A stretch of DNA of 64,000 nt from a virus. Position 1 is the stretch's first letter. Each line of letters starts with the position of its first letter. A program made the position numbers and the translations under genes. The stretch covers positions 32,001-96,000 of the IMG/VR virus record IMGVR_UViG_3300028197_001221; one strand, written 5' to 3'. This document shows positions 22,201 to 32,900 of the stretch, in pieces. The notes below the pieces were generated by a model, which searched no databases, was not told the DNA's origin, and saw nothing but the letters and a program-made list of their open reading frames with translations.

Positions 22201-25200
22201 ATCTTCTTGTGGAGGCTCACTAAAGAACCCTCCATTGTTAGAACTAGAATTACCAAACCAAGACATGATTCCAATAGTGTGTAAATTAAATTGTTCTGGA
22301 GGTTCTACTTTAATTCCAGTGACTGAATGAAAATACAAACCAAGGTGTGGATCTGGTGCATCATAATCGTGGAAATCAGTTGAGTAAGAAGCTGAAGTAT
22401 AAAGTGGTAGCCCGAAATAACCTACTCCACTTGAATCTATTTTAGTCCACGGAAGACCAGTAGTATATAGAGAAAGACCACTAGAAGGAGTATCAATTAT
22501 CCCTTTCTCAAACACAGAAAGATTCATCTGTCCGAAAGATATAGCCTCGCTAGTGACATGAAGGTTAAAGTCGTCTGCATAAGCAACGTCTTTTAAATGG
22601 AGAGCGTTTTCTAATCTTACATGAGATGAGTGAATTCTAATTGTAGAGTCGTAAGATCCAGAAGGATATGCTAAGTCATATTGAACAAACATATCATTCA
22701 TATCTTTAGAAGATAAATAGTGACCTCTTTGTTTTAAAATTTGTTGTCTATCAAAATTAGCCCAAGGCTCTGTCTCAGTATCTCTATAGCTATCTATAGT
22801 GAACTCACTAATTATTTTTTGCCAACAATCTCTTGGTCCAATATAATGTATGTCCCTATTAAGAAGACCCCAATTCTGACTATCAAACAAATCTGTTTCT
22901 TTTGTCTTGGTGTACAGACTAACAATAAGTCTTGGTCCCACTTTTCCATCGGGCCATGTAATGTCATTAGTTGTTTCATGTTCAATAACCGTGTCTACCG
23001 CAATGGCATCTTTTGCAAAATTGTATCCATCTGGCAAAGCTTTAGAAATTCTTGGAGCTATTGACAACATCTTTTCTGAAGTGTCTGAGAGATGCATTCT
23101 GAACATATCATTTTCAAGCTGAGTATGATATGCTAGTCCAGACGTAACGATATCATTTGGAAGAGCAAGCTGAGTATTATCCTCGTAGCTGCCACCATCA
23201 GTCTTAAAATTGTGAACAATATAATCGTTTCCTATTTTGTTTGTGAGTGTATCGTAGGCTGGTCCAAATTCACAATATTTAAACGCGCCTATGTGCCACT
23301 TGTTAGAATCTTCATCTACAAAATCCCATAACTTGTATCTATCATTTTTATATGATTCGCCATCATTCCAGAACTTAGATCTAAAAGAATCAAAAAATCT
23401 TTCAGCAGTGGTTTGTTGCTTAGACGCATCTGCAACATCTCCATTTACTAATATAGATCCGTAAGCAATATCCTCAGACACACCTACGTCTGTAACGAAT
23501 GCGTTCATACCAATGCCAGATCCGTATGAATGACCAAGTATTAAATCGCTATCCCCACTAGCCATTATAAATGGTTGTGAAGAACTTCTAAGTATATCAA
23601 AGCTTCCACTGTTTATAATTTCATTGTCTGTATATAACCTTAAACGATTAGAATTATTATCATTATAAGTAAGCAATACAGGTACTGGGTATTGATAGTC
23701 TGTATAAGTTAGCGTATCCTTAACTTCTATATTATTGCCATTAATATCTCTAGCGTAACCAACAATATGACCATCTTTATAACCAATTGCTAACTCTAAA
23801 TCTTTCCCAGAATCCCACTTAGATAAAATAACACCATTATTAAACAAGTTATAATCAGCGCCGCTAACGTCAACGTCTGGGGAAAATCTTGTGAATAAAG
23901 AAAAACCGCCAGAGCATTCTATGTTACCAAAATTAACATTAGCATTAGACTGTTTAACTCTTAGGGCGTTTTCAAAAGAGTCAGTTATCTTTCCGTGTAA
24001 TTCGTGACCAGAAGATGTCCAATCAATAGTAGTATACGTTCTTTCTTGAGAAGAAAACAGGTGGTCTGTTCTGAATCTAAAACCTACACTATTAATAATA
24101 TTACTAGAAAGTAGAGCATTAAATATTCCACTACTTGTTGTAGAACTATCATCAGGATATATAGTACTATCTTCTGTGTTTCTAAAGGTATAGTAACCAT
24201 TAATAAAAGGTTTTTCTAACTGCGGATTATAAAAGCTTTCATCAAAAGCGGGAGGATCAAACGGTCCTGATCTAGACACGCCATCTACACCTCTCCACCT
24301 CTTAGAATAATTAGTTTTGATTGTGTCGGGTGTTTTAAATCCATGAGGTATATTCTCAATTAAAGATAAAGGCTTTGAACCTACAACGGCGTTTAACTTA
24401 TGATCATACTCTCCCATAGCGGCTGCAAATAATCCATTAGACCTTCTAGAGATTTCTATACCTCCATGTCCAAAAGTGTGTAACTGCATAGCTGCGGAAG
24501 GTCTATACTTTATTATCAGTTCTGCTTTTGCTATAACAGCGCCAACAGGAAGGGGATAAATATCAAGGTGTAAAGCCTCGAAGAATGGAGATATATTATA
24601 TGTATCTGGAGTTCCTAGCTCATTAAGCTTAGGACTAATTTGCAAAGGAACAATGTATTGATTGTACTCTGTGCTATCTACCATAGAAGGTGTTCTAACT
24701 TCATCTCCATTTTCGTCTTCACCAATTTTGAGTACTGAAGCTGTAATTAAATGATGATCACCTCCGGGGTTGTTAGCAACTGGTCTGTTTTCAAAATATT
24801 CATCTCTGGAAGAGATAGCTTCAGAAGATCTAGTAAGATAATTTGAATTATCAAACCCAGAAGAAATTGGTATAGTACCAGCACCAGCAGTAGAATTTTG
24901 TAAGAAGCCATCAACAGGAGATGTAACGTTGAAAAGACCATCATCACAATATCCCACAACGTCTAAAGTAAAATCTCTTATAGAAGTAGAAGATTTTTTA
25001 GCTAAGACTTTTAACTCTATAGATTCTATTGTGTAGAATTCTTGTTCTACTTTTTCAACAGTAGATTTAGCGAGATCTAAATTACTATCTAATCTAAACT
25101 TTCCAATGCTAAATGCGCCACCTGTTTTTTGTACAACTCTTGTGGGTGGTTGATGAGAATATACAATCTGTAACTTACCAGAATCTGCAATTGGAGATGT

Positions 25201-26913
25201 TGAAACAAGTTCCACGGACCTAAAGCTAACAAAGTCATTAAGCGATTTACTAAGTTGTTCTAAATCTTCTTTTACATTGTTATAATAAACTTTGCCATTA
25301 TGAGCTGAAGATTTCCAAACACTATTGACTTCTGGAAGTATGCCATTGCTAAATCCGTTAGGAAGAATTTTAGAAGGATACAATTTTCTTTCAAGAGATA
25401 AGCCTTCTTTAATAGACTCAGCATGTAAATTAAAGTAATTTTCTGAGAGACGACCATTAATGGAACCGCTTGCTACAATCTCTATGTTTGAAATTCTAAT
25501 AGAAGCGTTGGGCGTAAATTCAAACCCTTGACTCTGAGCAGATATTGGAGCGCCGTCAAGAGCTAAGTAATCATTATTGCCTCCAATCAACTCGTTAATT
25601 TCACATTGATTTTCATATGCCTTTTTGTCAAACTCTGCACTAAATGGATCATGATGACAAGTAGCTTGAAAATCCATATTCAAAGTATATCCACTATTTT
25701 CTTCAAATATAGGACATAGTTCATCCCAGTTATGCCTGTTGGCATTGTTATATTCTGGCTCTGTTACATATGTTGCAAAATTATATTTTTCGTTTTCTTG
25801 ATCAAAATCTCCATCGCCTGTCAATGTGATGTCTTTGTATTTTGCAATTAAATTACCAGAGGGATCTTCCCATCTAATGTTATGTATTTTAAATTCTGGA
25901 GCATCTTCTGATTCAAAAACCGCCATAGGAGCTGACGCTCTAATGAACAAGAAGTTTTCTATGGGTTTAATTGCTGGCGGTGTTAATTCACACTTATATG
26001 TAAAGTCTCCATCAGAGTAAATAGACGATGGTTGAATAAAAGTATTTTGTTCGTCGTTTATCCTAATACTTGTTTTATTATTTTTAGTATAATTACCTGT
26101 AAATAATCCCTCATCAACACTCTTGTATAGACCACTAGGAGACAAATTTTTATCAACAAAGCCAACATTATTTTTTAACGTCACTATGTCTCGTATAGGA
26201 TAGAATTTTTGAGTAGCTTTAAAGTTTTCTAACTTATTAATCTGATCAGTATGTCCACCTATTTTATCTGTGTATGTATTATTTAATTTAGTTTTTATCT
26301 TTATATTTGCAAACAAAGATATTGGCACAGGCATACAATAATTTTCTGTACATAATTTCCAGAATCTTATACCGCCATTTTTAGTTCTTACTGTGGACTT
26401 GCTGCTTTCTACAATACCATCTGTTTCTACAGCGCCAAAGTTAGCAACAACGGTTGGCTGTGAAGCTATGTATCCTTGACCTTCCCAAGATGTGAATGCA
26501 GGCACAGCAGTGCTATTACTAAGATTCGAGCCGCCAAGACCTGCTAAGAAACCACCAATTATGCTGCTGCCAATAATTCTTGAAGTTGTAGCTTCTGTAT
26601 CATTTATACTAAGCTTACCTTTGGATTTAAAACTAATACCATTTACAGCGTTGACAGGCTCTAAATGTGAAGATCCAAAATTATTGTTTGACTGTTGGTT
26701 ATTAACAGAATTGGAAAACCCAACATTAACAAGAACAGACATCAAAGATCTTATCTTTGATTTAGATTTTAAGTCAGACTTATGCCTGAACTCAAGGGTG
26801 GCATTGGAAGCGGTCGCTTCTTTAGTGTTTCTAACGTGACCTATGTTTAACCCAACTTGCAGTTTGCTAGAACCTCTGCTAACACTTCGCTGAGTACTTA
26901 CGAAACATTCCAT
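13291..26913 (-). CDS. Giant (4540 aa) tail-tip/adhesin protein with LamG-like, FG-GAP propeller and GldG/GIFT-like alpha/beta domains
   Basis: Seven FG...GAP-like repeats; LamG-like WTIEFF...WHHVAIS...LDDLRIT; immediately downstream of the tape measure gene. Confidence 0.75.
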   Translation of the reverse strand: MECFVSTQRSVSRGSSKLQVGLNIGHVRNTKEATASNATLEFRHKSDLKSKSKIRSLMSVLVNVGFSNSVNNQQSNNNFGSSHLEPVNAVNGISFKSKGKLSINDTEATTSRIIGSSIIGGFLAGLGGSNLSNSTAVPAFTSWEGQGYIASQPTVVANFGAVETDGIVESSKSTVRTKNGGIRFWKLCTENYCMPVPISLFANIKIKTKLNNTYTDKIGGHTDQINKLENFKATQKFYPIRDIVTLKNNVGFVDKNLSPSGLYKSVDEGLFTGNYTKNNKTSIRINDEQNTFIQPSSIYSDGDFTYKCELTPPAIKPIENFLFIRASAPMAVFESEDAPEFKIHNIRWEDPSGNLIAKYKDITLTGDGDFDQENEKYNFATYVTEPEYNNANRHNWDELCPIFEENSGYTLNMDFQATCHHDPFSAEFDKKAYENQCEINELIGGNNDYLALDGAPISAQSQGFEFTPNASIRISNIEIVASGSINGRLSENYFNLHAESIKEGLSLERKLYPSKILPNGFSNGILPEVNSVWKSSAHNGKVYYNNVKEDLEQLSKSLNDFVSFRSVELVSTSPIADSGKLQIVYSHQPPTRVVQKTGGAFSIGKFRLDSNLDLAKSTVEKVEQEFYTIESIELKVLAKKSSTSIRDFTLDVVGYCDDGLFNVTSPVDGFLQNSTAGAGTIPISSGFDNSNYLTRSSEAISSRDEYFENRPVANNPGGDHHLITASVLKIGEDENGDEVRTPSMVDSTEYNQYIVPLQISPKLNELGTPDTYNISPFFEALHLDIYPLPVGAVIAKAELIIKYRPSAAMQLHTFGHGGIEISRRSNGLFAAAMGEYDHKLNAVVGSKPLSLIENIPHGFKTPDTIKTNYSKRWRGVDGVSRSGPFDPPAFDESFYNPQLEKPFINGYYTFRNTEDSTIYPDDSSTTSSGIFNALLSSNIINSVGFRFRTDHLFSSQERTYTTIDWTSSGHELHGKITDSFENALRVKQSNANVNFGNIECSGGFSLFTRFSPDVDVSGADYNLFNNGVILSKWDSGKDLELAIGYKDGHIVGYARDINGNNIEVKDTLTYTDYQYPVPVLLTYNDNNSNRLRLYTDNEIINSGSFDILRSSSQPFIMASGDSDLILGHSYGSGIGMNAFVTDVGVSEDIAYGSILVNGDVADASKQQTTAERFFDSFRSKFWNDGESYKNDRYKLWDFVDEDSNKWHIGAFKYCEFGPAYDTLTNKIGNDYIVHNFKTDGGSYEDNTQLALPNDIVTSGLAYHTQLENDMFRMHLSDTSEKMLSIAPRISKALPDGYNFAKDAIAVDTVIEHETTNDITWPDGKVGPRLIVSLYTKTKETDLFDSQNWGLLNRDIHYIGPRDCWQKIISEFTIDSYRDTETEPWANFDRQQILKQRGHYLSSKDMNDMFVQYDLAYPSGSYDSTIRIHSSHVRLENALHLKDVAYADDFNLHVTSEAISFGQMNLSVFEKGIIDTPSSGLSLYTTGLPWTKIDSSGVGYFGLPLYTSASYSTDFHDYDAPDPHLGLYFHSVTGIKVEPPEQFNLHTIGIMSWFGNSSSNNGGFFSEPPQEDNAIFNNDPVLFGSSNVETDDLGGYVNLLLDFENANASTRDMSGKNNSGSNMTRGGFEKAFGLTYLKNLPTSDLYRHFGRRSLRIFDQEAATGGAGDVQTRYGANFKSLALDPKLWTSKWTIEFFLRVPDPSSLIPHVSPHENYFSSAIFGRSYNTFGVQGAAMYLDDVKSEARERVYILRDQEGYSTGYVPQHSWHSSSANILANEAWGGVGYNTVETGMSFSINYNATTSNNPNAVDHLGQGLPAYLHSFTFEYFSTFPEAPRRVDDDFSNDYLEETCRAHRIVAPVVFDYDKWHHVAISAIEDKVYIILDGAIVGEGLYFGWPDIESLVEPDYLLSQARENGWDTIYPEFKIFPSMITGGGLGSTNEPSSPNYSIFLDDLRITLGASRSSFTGGILQTALPTIPEGVFPIEHSLPDPSVSATTSTTLPPPPPPTFNKDTGCTLFLLNTDKFTYDYSESELNFFLRGIDSAGNEHDEFSQDCNLYLFGGGGRYADTGSVGPSQRRKRTKKENFNLYVEIERIETEYGGKIDDATFNLYVNAYDPSIVTSSGQMFLHTLNVGQLGWDNYLQAFDWNDQNIGTEIVLEDNDLLSLEADDEIRGVITMCHSSCDNNKGCDEPDIITHDTLWYSQECIDGGVIRPKGVYSNPNVTAFNTISSGYDNNYYGVRKFTNLIPGGPYSLFMTAKTGDDGVLDVPREISEWGYGTNNEVDYSGIKIVPPDPDRALNDKFGYSVDVLDDLMAIGVPSYDLVEHDGSLVPNAGSVFIYRRNSAPTGNDWTDQPDQSSWSFESHLSLPSGHLVDSYREEEIAIKYREPGARFDTVLGVGSKRYWSVGQKGRELGHSVSIAKHDGREVVVAGAPGAKWDRTFTDAIPEPVNIVLFVLTDEFIPCSPFPRVRGSTVPDDLLPVIEKKDLMFRYFSDPPVSFNVEIIICEGILGTNIPAGPDWSEARIEDPDFVFKKQVHRVSGSVPSEIEATNEQLFTDLKEIYHERYYQDASKQNSNQPAIIGFFVDTSISYGTRAVGSTSNTALEGNGGLERFMNWVSQEAYDKGLVNHLNQPARPSIVTSIGGNDGRDDTTSSDDDERFTNTEVWFGQAISLLDSTLNINRLVETLDYKLFAGSSFGTFNTSTEGFNVAAPSGGAVFVFEKFDDGWKTIQRIDSPTTSNSVAVDRFGHDVAISEDGSALVIGSPYMSSQVRVYELSYGYGGFNYFYDYFENWILRIGTNDVLELRRAKTSYLFKRQTAINAGNRRQAALEVYDSLSPSGQYTYRLAYNEVYTGYFLSSEINDSQINPSHSWSWLTSKYMPNPRLGYSVDLNEDGTLLAIGSPTDSIGATDEGILWYKPGSQSSNPQQWFSNVNAGSVRVLQARKYFEHDKVMQFGAWGNLHRTIEKSKYLLTDKDYTIEDADNHLDRYYDELFKSTYGSDRYIESGFEDPEIPQDVGLLFIITPEIDRLSKEYIDNIQNWLGLGDRHLVLVGDDPVFETDQYDRDGAYSYSNSIINRLLTNLDSRMRLYPAANRYESMVDQDTGLYYNTIPSFVPDKTTSTYVYGGNMRGSGVADIRLYDESIFMGYDCSKPKVDNILQGLDELTSLIDAGQKLGYFKLNNRCNHIIKHEGDLRAEWNEECFNCQQKKVSYKVNIAFAYGTHNLPETYNCGCCDPAIPCQEFPRKNYEPIPILAAAEKKILTFHREATGPVYREVPYISGYETIVGGSIYDEDDVSTEIEFAITHDSGNYTYINYNEFGTVSNSLFLNEDNPILEQNGKNALFMARAEILEETEDYNVEVQDTFPICVEEQLLNTTAKIVVMTTTELESSQSLSAGGDTNVIFYMNLLDKTSNGNTRVAQLGGWTERTSFIDGYDQSRLASTFQWVLNYEVFENVQMSQINQVASQYDVLWIANTDNIPSDQEAAQLKTWLNGAENRKIVITVGKRINRDSNEDWNNNSVQQEIMNRISKLQTTLSKLGSNIRPLFLESKHKYATLEDTGVPNLPLEGIPRGSTKIDNISLNRFNTDFIDGKRGELSRLREVNDSHIDRYLTVCFENIFAVNTLLYYNVKIVDKRTADTGTAFMRTGTARVDFPVEAEESYRFFATFASERFSEGRVLGVYVSNVNAGVRIETTSSDRLHEISDPLVYGRDYWQTVADIKSGVRQSAGRQNPDEVGSNLGEGEWPIENYGGIEYTHHMDFTVPSGISSISVYIQGDYFGYEKNDPESTYTQRLIGMSGVKLGTEVTTVRRPITSFRTELFSEGTPASTTTQELIQEISSDSSKYCPTDFCSSEEGFGTPGPELRDGPVTAAQEIYHQRPFLTGAAKSRITVISDASLIQGSNVRLPDRDNWINGDVIEFLRSLYPADYRSQESEVYYEDEYGGSLIYENVLKIVSPEKTSPAKLMSSEINSGFNNLFGGYAQNSIKDPSRFGNDEASIDFPSRAWIAPLEPAKAVSPSYQTYKNPMPPVDDVAIERARLGRIAAFSGDMVSMGTWCRFKVDIDGVTYEDNGYGEGRNSLMETFGYDFLDFHEMQPHISGYPGDLFGYKVKIHKGEVYISAPFAAFSGENITSWNEVINNSPNTPMLNAELGHDGGAGSVYKFTRDYNQVSVNSSVQTAWSCTGKFRPDTLNAGDQFGMSFDIDGDVIAISAPSHDGTASITKTADVGASGEFVRKEFNDQFDVTQIDKNDFDIGGSGNQGAVYTYENKISDWGSKRQDWVYIQKLIPQGYNSVNENDFFGRSVALDRNARSDQDYTLVVGSPSHSYGSGISSQILSSGGAVYNYDAMLRRQAPSFSHPDTNLAGRIFGSMNVQDHEKYLLFDFKNGTKTNHSLYKEGLVYANEKGEIFIEASGQDSNPKGYVSHRPFIEQIHGAYYFGTFLAGYNRLFISGKPPSTSSSMNLIKPSGIGNVYNDIELRLNTFGVLGIADNSGDDIFNLSISGSVMESINNSGDPLNMHVETSASGVDEMILHTKGHFQV

Positions 26914-26918
26914 ATTTA

Positions 26919-29900
26919 TTATCCCATCTTACTATCAGTTTGTCTTGGACTTCCATCAGGATTACGAGATGTCTTGCTTAATTCTTCGACAACCTTCTGT
27001 TTGACGACATTTCCCATAAGGTTTTCTAAACGAGCTAGTATGCCACCGTCATTTATATTTACACTTACATTGGTATTATCTAAAGTAATTTTTATTGAAG
27101 TATTTTCTAGTCTATCTATATTGGCAGATAAATCAGTGTTAAACTTGCTAAGAGCAGAACTAAACCTTTCCATAACTTCTGGGTCTAATCCAGCTCCAGA
27201 AGCTACACCAGCTTGAGCTTCTGCTGCTCGTTGAGTTGGAGCAGCTACAGATGTACTAGTTGATGGACTTTTAGATTGTTGTTCTTTAACTTCTTTGGTT
27301 TCTTTAGCAACTTCCTTAGTAGCTTCAGCAGCTTGTTTTTGAGACTCAGCTTGGCTTTCTGTTGCACTGGTAGCTTCTGGCGTAGACGCTGCTTGATCTT
27401 TCTCGGCCTGTCTGATTGCTAATTGTTCTTTAACGCCCTTGTCAAAGTCACTTGATTCACCACTACCATAGAAGTAGCTCTCTCTATTTCTTTTGTCTTG
27501 TCTACCCTTAATGTCTGTATCAATCATTTGCTGTTCTTGCTCTTTAACATCTTTCATGCTAGCATCTTTGCCATAAGTATTGGTAAAGTCTTCTTCTGAC
27601 ATGCCAGTGCTACTTAAGAATTTAGAACGATCTCCTCCAGCTGCATTCGCCTCATTCCTTCTGAAAAGCATATTAGCTCTTTGGTTAGCTGCTGACTTGT
27701 CTAATGCTCCTAACTTCTCAAAACTTTCTATACTACTAGAATCACCACCAACACCGACAGCCCGTTTAAACGCTGTGTGATCCATAGCCATCCCAACTCC
27801 TTCTTCCATTTCAGCAGTTTTCATAGAAGATGAAATTGCACCTGCCACATCCTTAAAACCACCAACTATATTATAGAAACCTTCTACAATTTTTCCTACA
27901 GGATTTAAGAATCCTTCTAGACCACCAAGAACTGTGGCAAGAGCAGCATCAAACTGAGTGCCAGTTTTTAAGAATCCTACTCCCCAACTGTCCATCATAC
28001 CGCCAAAGTCTCTTCCGGTCTTTTCCTTTTTATCTTCATGGTAAGCTTTAGGATCAGATATAAAGGAAAACCCTTCCATAATTCCATCAAGAGCAGTTCC
28101 AAGTCCCGGTATACCCTTGGCTCCACTAGAAGCCATCTTTCCAAGCATCGGAAGTTTTGACAGACTCTTCATAATTGATGGACCAATCTTATCTAATCCG
28201 GGGATCTTCATCTTACTAAGATTACCCATTTTTGATCCCACGAATTCTGTTCCTTCTTGGAGCATTTTCTTTCCAGTTTGTAGCATACCCGGAGCGTTCT
28301 TTTGCATATACTGTGATGAAGCATTCATCATTTGCGGGGCAGTATTTTGGAAGAAATTTTTACCCGCGCCAATGGCATTGCGACCCTTTTGCAGTACGGT
28401 AGGATCTAGTTTATTTTTTGCGATTTGACTCAAGCCGCTCTTCAACCCGCCACCCATATTGCCTGCCATATTTCTTGCACCACCTAAGAAATTAGATCCT
28501 CTCTGATAAAGATTAGAACCAAATTGAGCTGCTCTTTGTCCGAATTGACTTTGACCAACTTTTCTCATAGTTTGACCAGCAAAATTACTGGCTCTATTCA
28601 CAACCCCCGGTTTTCCACTACGAGACATACCTTCAAGACCATAGCCATGTTTACCAACTCCAAATGAAGTCGCCATGTCACCAAAGAAACTACCAGCTTT
28701 ATTCTTGCCAGCATTCAATAAATTTTGACCCCTTTTCATCATGCTAGGAGCAAAGTCATCTCCGTAAGAAGCTTGATTTAATCTTTCAAACATTCCTCCA
28801 GCTTTCTGCATAATACCAGCTGGTCTAGGAACATTGTCCACACCTCCCATAACACTTCTAGTTAAAGATCTACCAGCAGTAAAGTTTTTGCCTATTCCTG
28901 TTTGACCAATTCTTGAGCCAACTCTAGAAAGTATCTCTCCACCTTCTGTTCCTATCCTTGAAGCAAGGTTTCCAGCACCTCCACTTTGCACAAAGTTTTT
29001 GCCCATACCAATAGCATTCTTAGCCATGTTGCCAGCGTTTGCTACAGCGCCACCGCCCATGCCAAATATACCCTTGATTGCACCCATAATGCCACCACCG
29101 CCTCCATCGCCTCCACCGCCTCCACCGCCTGCACCACCCGCACCGTCTTTAGCACCTGTACTAGCTGCGTCACCACTTTCAGAAACTTTATCAGTATTAA
29201 TATTAGCAACTTTAGTATTAACTTCAGCAGTATTTTTAGCTTCTTCTCCTGACTTTATAGCTTCCTTAGTACGTAGTACCGCAGCGTCAAATTGCATTTG
29301 AGCTGCATCTTCTTGTTTCTGAGCTATCTCAAGGTCTCTTGCCGCAGCATCAACCATAGCCTTGCCTAATTCTGGTAGTACTCCCGCCAAGTCTCTAATC
29401 TCAGATTCTTTAGCAGCTTCTTCATTTGTTGATCCCGCAGCAATCTTAGCTAGATCAGGAGCATCGACTCCCATAGCTCCAAAAGATGCACCAAAGGATC
29501 TTTCAGTTAAGCCATCGGGACCGCTAAGTTTTTGACCATACAAACTATCTACGCCAGATTCTTGAAGCCTTCTGTTTTCTTGAGCTGCCATGCCTAAAGC
29601 TTGAGGGCCGAACTGGTTCATTAAGCTCTTATCACCAGTAGCAATAGCGGCTTGAGCGCCAGCAGTACCCATCTTATCAAAGAACGCTTCATCATCTCCA
29701 GCAATCAAAGCGTCAGCAGCGGCCTTTTCGTTAGCATTCTTCTCTTTAATAATTGAAAGTTCTTGTTTTCTAATATCAATAGCGGCTTTAATACTGTTGT
29801 ATTCTTCTTTTAGGGCCGAATCTATTCTGCCCAGCTCGTCACTCATCTCTACGCCAGATTTACCCCGTGCCTGTTCATTGCTCTTACCTTCAGCAAGATC

Positions 29901-32900
29901 AGTTCTAACGCTAGAAATTTCTGCCCTACGATTAGATAGTTGATCAATTCTACTCTTGAAGTCACCCGCCCCAATACCACTTTGAGAGCCGACACCCTTA
30001 ATGCCTTCAACTCCCACATTAGATCTCTTTAACAATTGTTGTTGTTGAACTTCTGGTGTAAATGACGCACCACCAAACTCAGATTGTATTTTTAAAGCTT
30101 CTGTTTCTAAATCAATAGATCTTTGTTTTGTTTCAATTAATTTCTTCTCTAAATCAAGTCTTGCTTTAGTAAAGGTTAGTAATTTCTTTTGTGCTTCAGC
30201 CTGAGCCTTAAGTGCTGGCAACACTTGTTTCATAGCATTGTCGCCCACCTTTTGGATAACTTCTTCAAAAGCAGAGAAGTCGCCTTCAGACACACGTTTC
30301 ATTTGGCCGTCACTTATATCGCTACCTTCAATTTGTTTCTTCAGACGTTCTACAGATTTCTCGTCAACCCCTTGCTTTGTAAGTTCATCACCTGTCGCTT
30401 TTGCAAATGCCGATCTACGCTCGCCCATCGTTCCAGCGGCTTGTCTTCCTGACTTAAACGCTTCCTTCATAGATTTTTTAGTAGCCTCAAATATAGCAGG
30501 CATATTTGCTTGTGCAGCATTTACAGCTGTTAAATTTCCTCTAAATTTATCTATCTGTTCACTATTAGCTCCTAAGTTTTCAAGAGTTTTACTGGCATTG
30601 TCTAGAGAAGAATTGAATTGATCTGGTGATATACCTTGAGCAGCAGAAGTAATACTAGCTTCTAGTGTTGGAATAGTACTATCTAAAGTATTACTACCAA
30701 GCTCTTGGCTTCTGGTATAATTGTCAATAGCAAGAACACCAGCATTAGCAGCAGCTGTAGCAGATTGCATCGCAAGGTTCATAGCAGCAAATGATTCTCG
30801 TACTCTGTCTGCTTCTTTTTTAAGATTTGCAAAAGCTTCTTCTTGTATAGAGGGTAGGGCTTTACCGTCTTCATCTTCTCTCGCTTCAAACTGTCCTTGA
30901 CGCTCCATAGTCTCTCGTGTATCTTTAGACAAGCTATTTTTATACTGCTCAAAAGAACCATTAGTATTAGCAGTTTGCCTCATCACGTTGTCAGCAAGAG
31001 GCTGTGCGCTTCTAAGGAAATCTTTGTCCACCTTGTCTTGATCTGCTTTAATTGCTTCCTGATCTTTTGACAGTCTTTCGTTTCTTTGCCCGCCGGACTC
31101 CATACCCATCATACCAGCAACGCCAAATGTAGCAACGCGAGCAAAGCCTCTTCCAAATCCACTTGCAGGTCCAGACTTATCATTCTCTTCTATACTTTTT
31201 ACTCTGGCTGAAGACCTATCTGCACTTGCTTGCACTGTTGCTGCGTCTGGGTCAAGTCTTTTCAGTGCATCTATAGCTGAAAGATTACCCTCTTTAAATT
31301 GTCGCATAGCTGCGGTAGCTTCTTTATTTGCATTAGTCAAAGCTTCTTGTGTTTTTACAGCCTGCGCCCTAGCTCCAGCTTCTAGTTTAATCGTAGTAAT
31401 ACTCTTACCACCCATCCAGTAACCTAGACTCATAGCGGTGGTTTTAATCATAGGTCCAAGAATAGGAAGCTCACTTCCCAATTTAATTGCAGCTGCCGTT
31501 AACCCAGCGAATATAGGGCCAATGCCGGGAATGAATGAGCCTATAGCAGCAAAACCAATAGCTAGCTTATTAACAGCAGAAGCACCTTCTTTTTCAAAGG
31601 CTATAGATTCTGCCGCAGCAGCATTACCGTCTTTAATTGCGTTGTCAAGCTTTGTAGCCCTATCAGTTAAACTGTCTATAACAGCAGTCAAGGCAAAAAT
31701 TGAACCAGTAGCTACAATAGCAGGACCAGCCATGCTAGCAACAGCTCTAGTTGCAACAACTACACCCTCTGCATTTGCTGCGCCCAGACCAGCTTTTGTA
31801 CCAACAGCGCGAGCAGCAGTTCCAGCGCGATTAACAAGTTTACCACCACCGCCAAGAAACTTACCCATATCTTTAAGATTTAATCCCTTAAACATATCAG
31901 CAATAATATTGCCCTTCATCTGGGTTTGCATCAAGGAGAATGTGCCTGATAGTGCTAGAGATACGTTTGCTAATTGAGAGAAAGAGCTAATCATGTTAGC
32001 GCCAAATCGTTCAAGCGAAGAACTGTTCTCATCAATAACGGGAGTCATGAAGCTCAGGGCCATACTTGTGGCAATCAAGCCTTCGTTCATAGCACCAAAA
32101 CCCATAAGACCTTTCTTCCTAACATCAGTATTGTCTTTAACGGTCTTGGTTCCCTCGTTAACCGCCTCATTCCAAGATTCAATAGTTGTTGTTATCTGAG
32201 TAGAAGCCCCGCTAGGACCACTACTGACAGCTCCAGAGAAAGTAGCGGGTTTGCTAGCAGTTTTAGGTCCGTAAGTATTTCTGCGAGAAGTAACAATACC
32301 ACCAGCAGCATACTTGCCAACCTTATTCATTTGATTAAGATTGTCATAGCCAATACTTTGTGAAGTTTTCTTGTTTACTACAAACTCGCCGGGAGTCAGC
32401 ATTGCGGGAACTGTATCTGTTCCAGTGGCAGCACCTCCAGAAGCAAACTTTTGGAAAGTATATCCCGATTGATCGTTGGCATTAATATCATTTACTATTT
32501 TTTTAACAATACTTGCTATAGACTTTGGTGTATTACTTCTTTTTGCATCTGCTTTTAACATTCCACTAAAAGCAGAAGAATCAGACGCAAACATCTTGGA
32601 TAAACCTTCTTTCTTAGCCATCAAGTCGCCCTTGAAATCCCATCTGGATTTATCCCCTTGGAGTTTAGCTCCAGTAATTGCGTCAATAATACCTTCAAAT
32701 ACAAAACCACTAGTAGTAGCTAATGCGTTAGCGTCTTGAGAAATTCGATCAGCAGCAGCTTTAAGCATACCATCATTCAAATCAAATTCTGGTCTAACGT
32801 TATCAAGAGTTTTATTAACATCTATGGCGGCAGCATTAGTGGCTGATTTTAACGCTACGCTAGTTTGTTCATTCACCATACTAGCAACGCTTGAATTAAT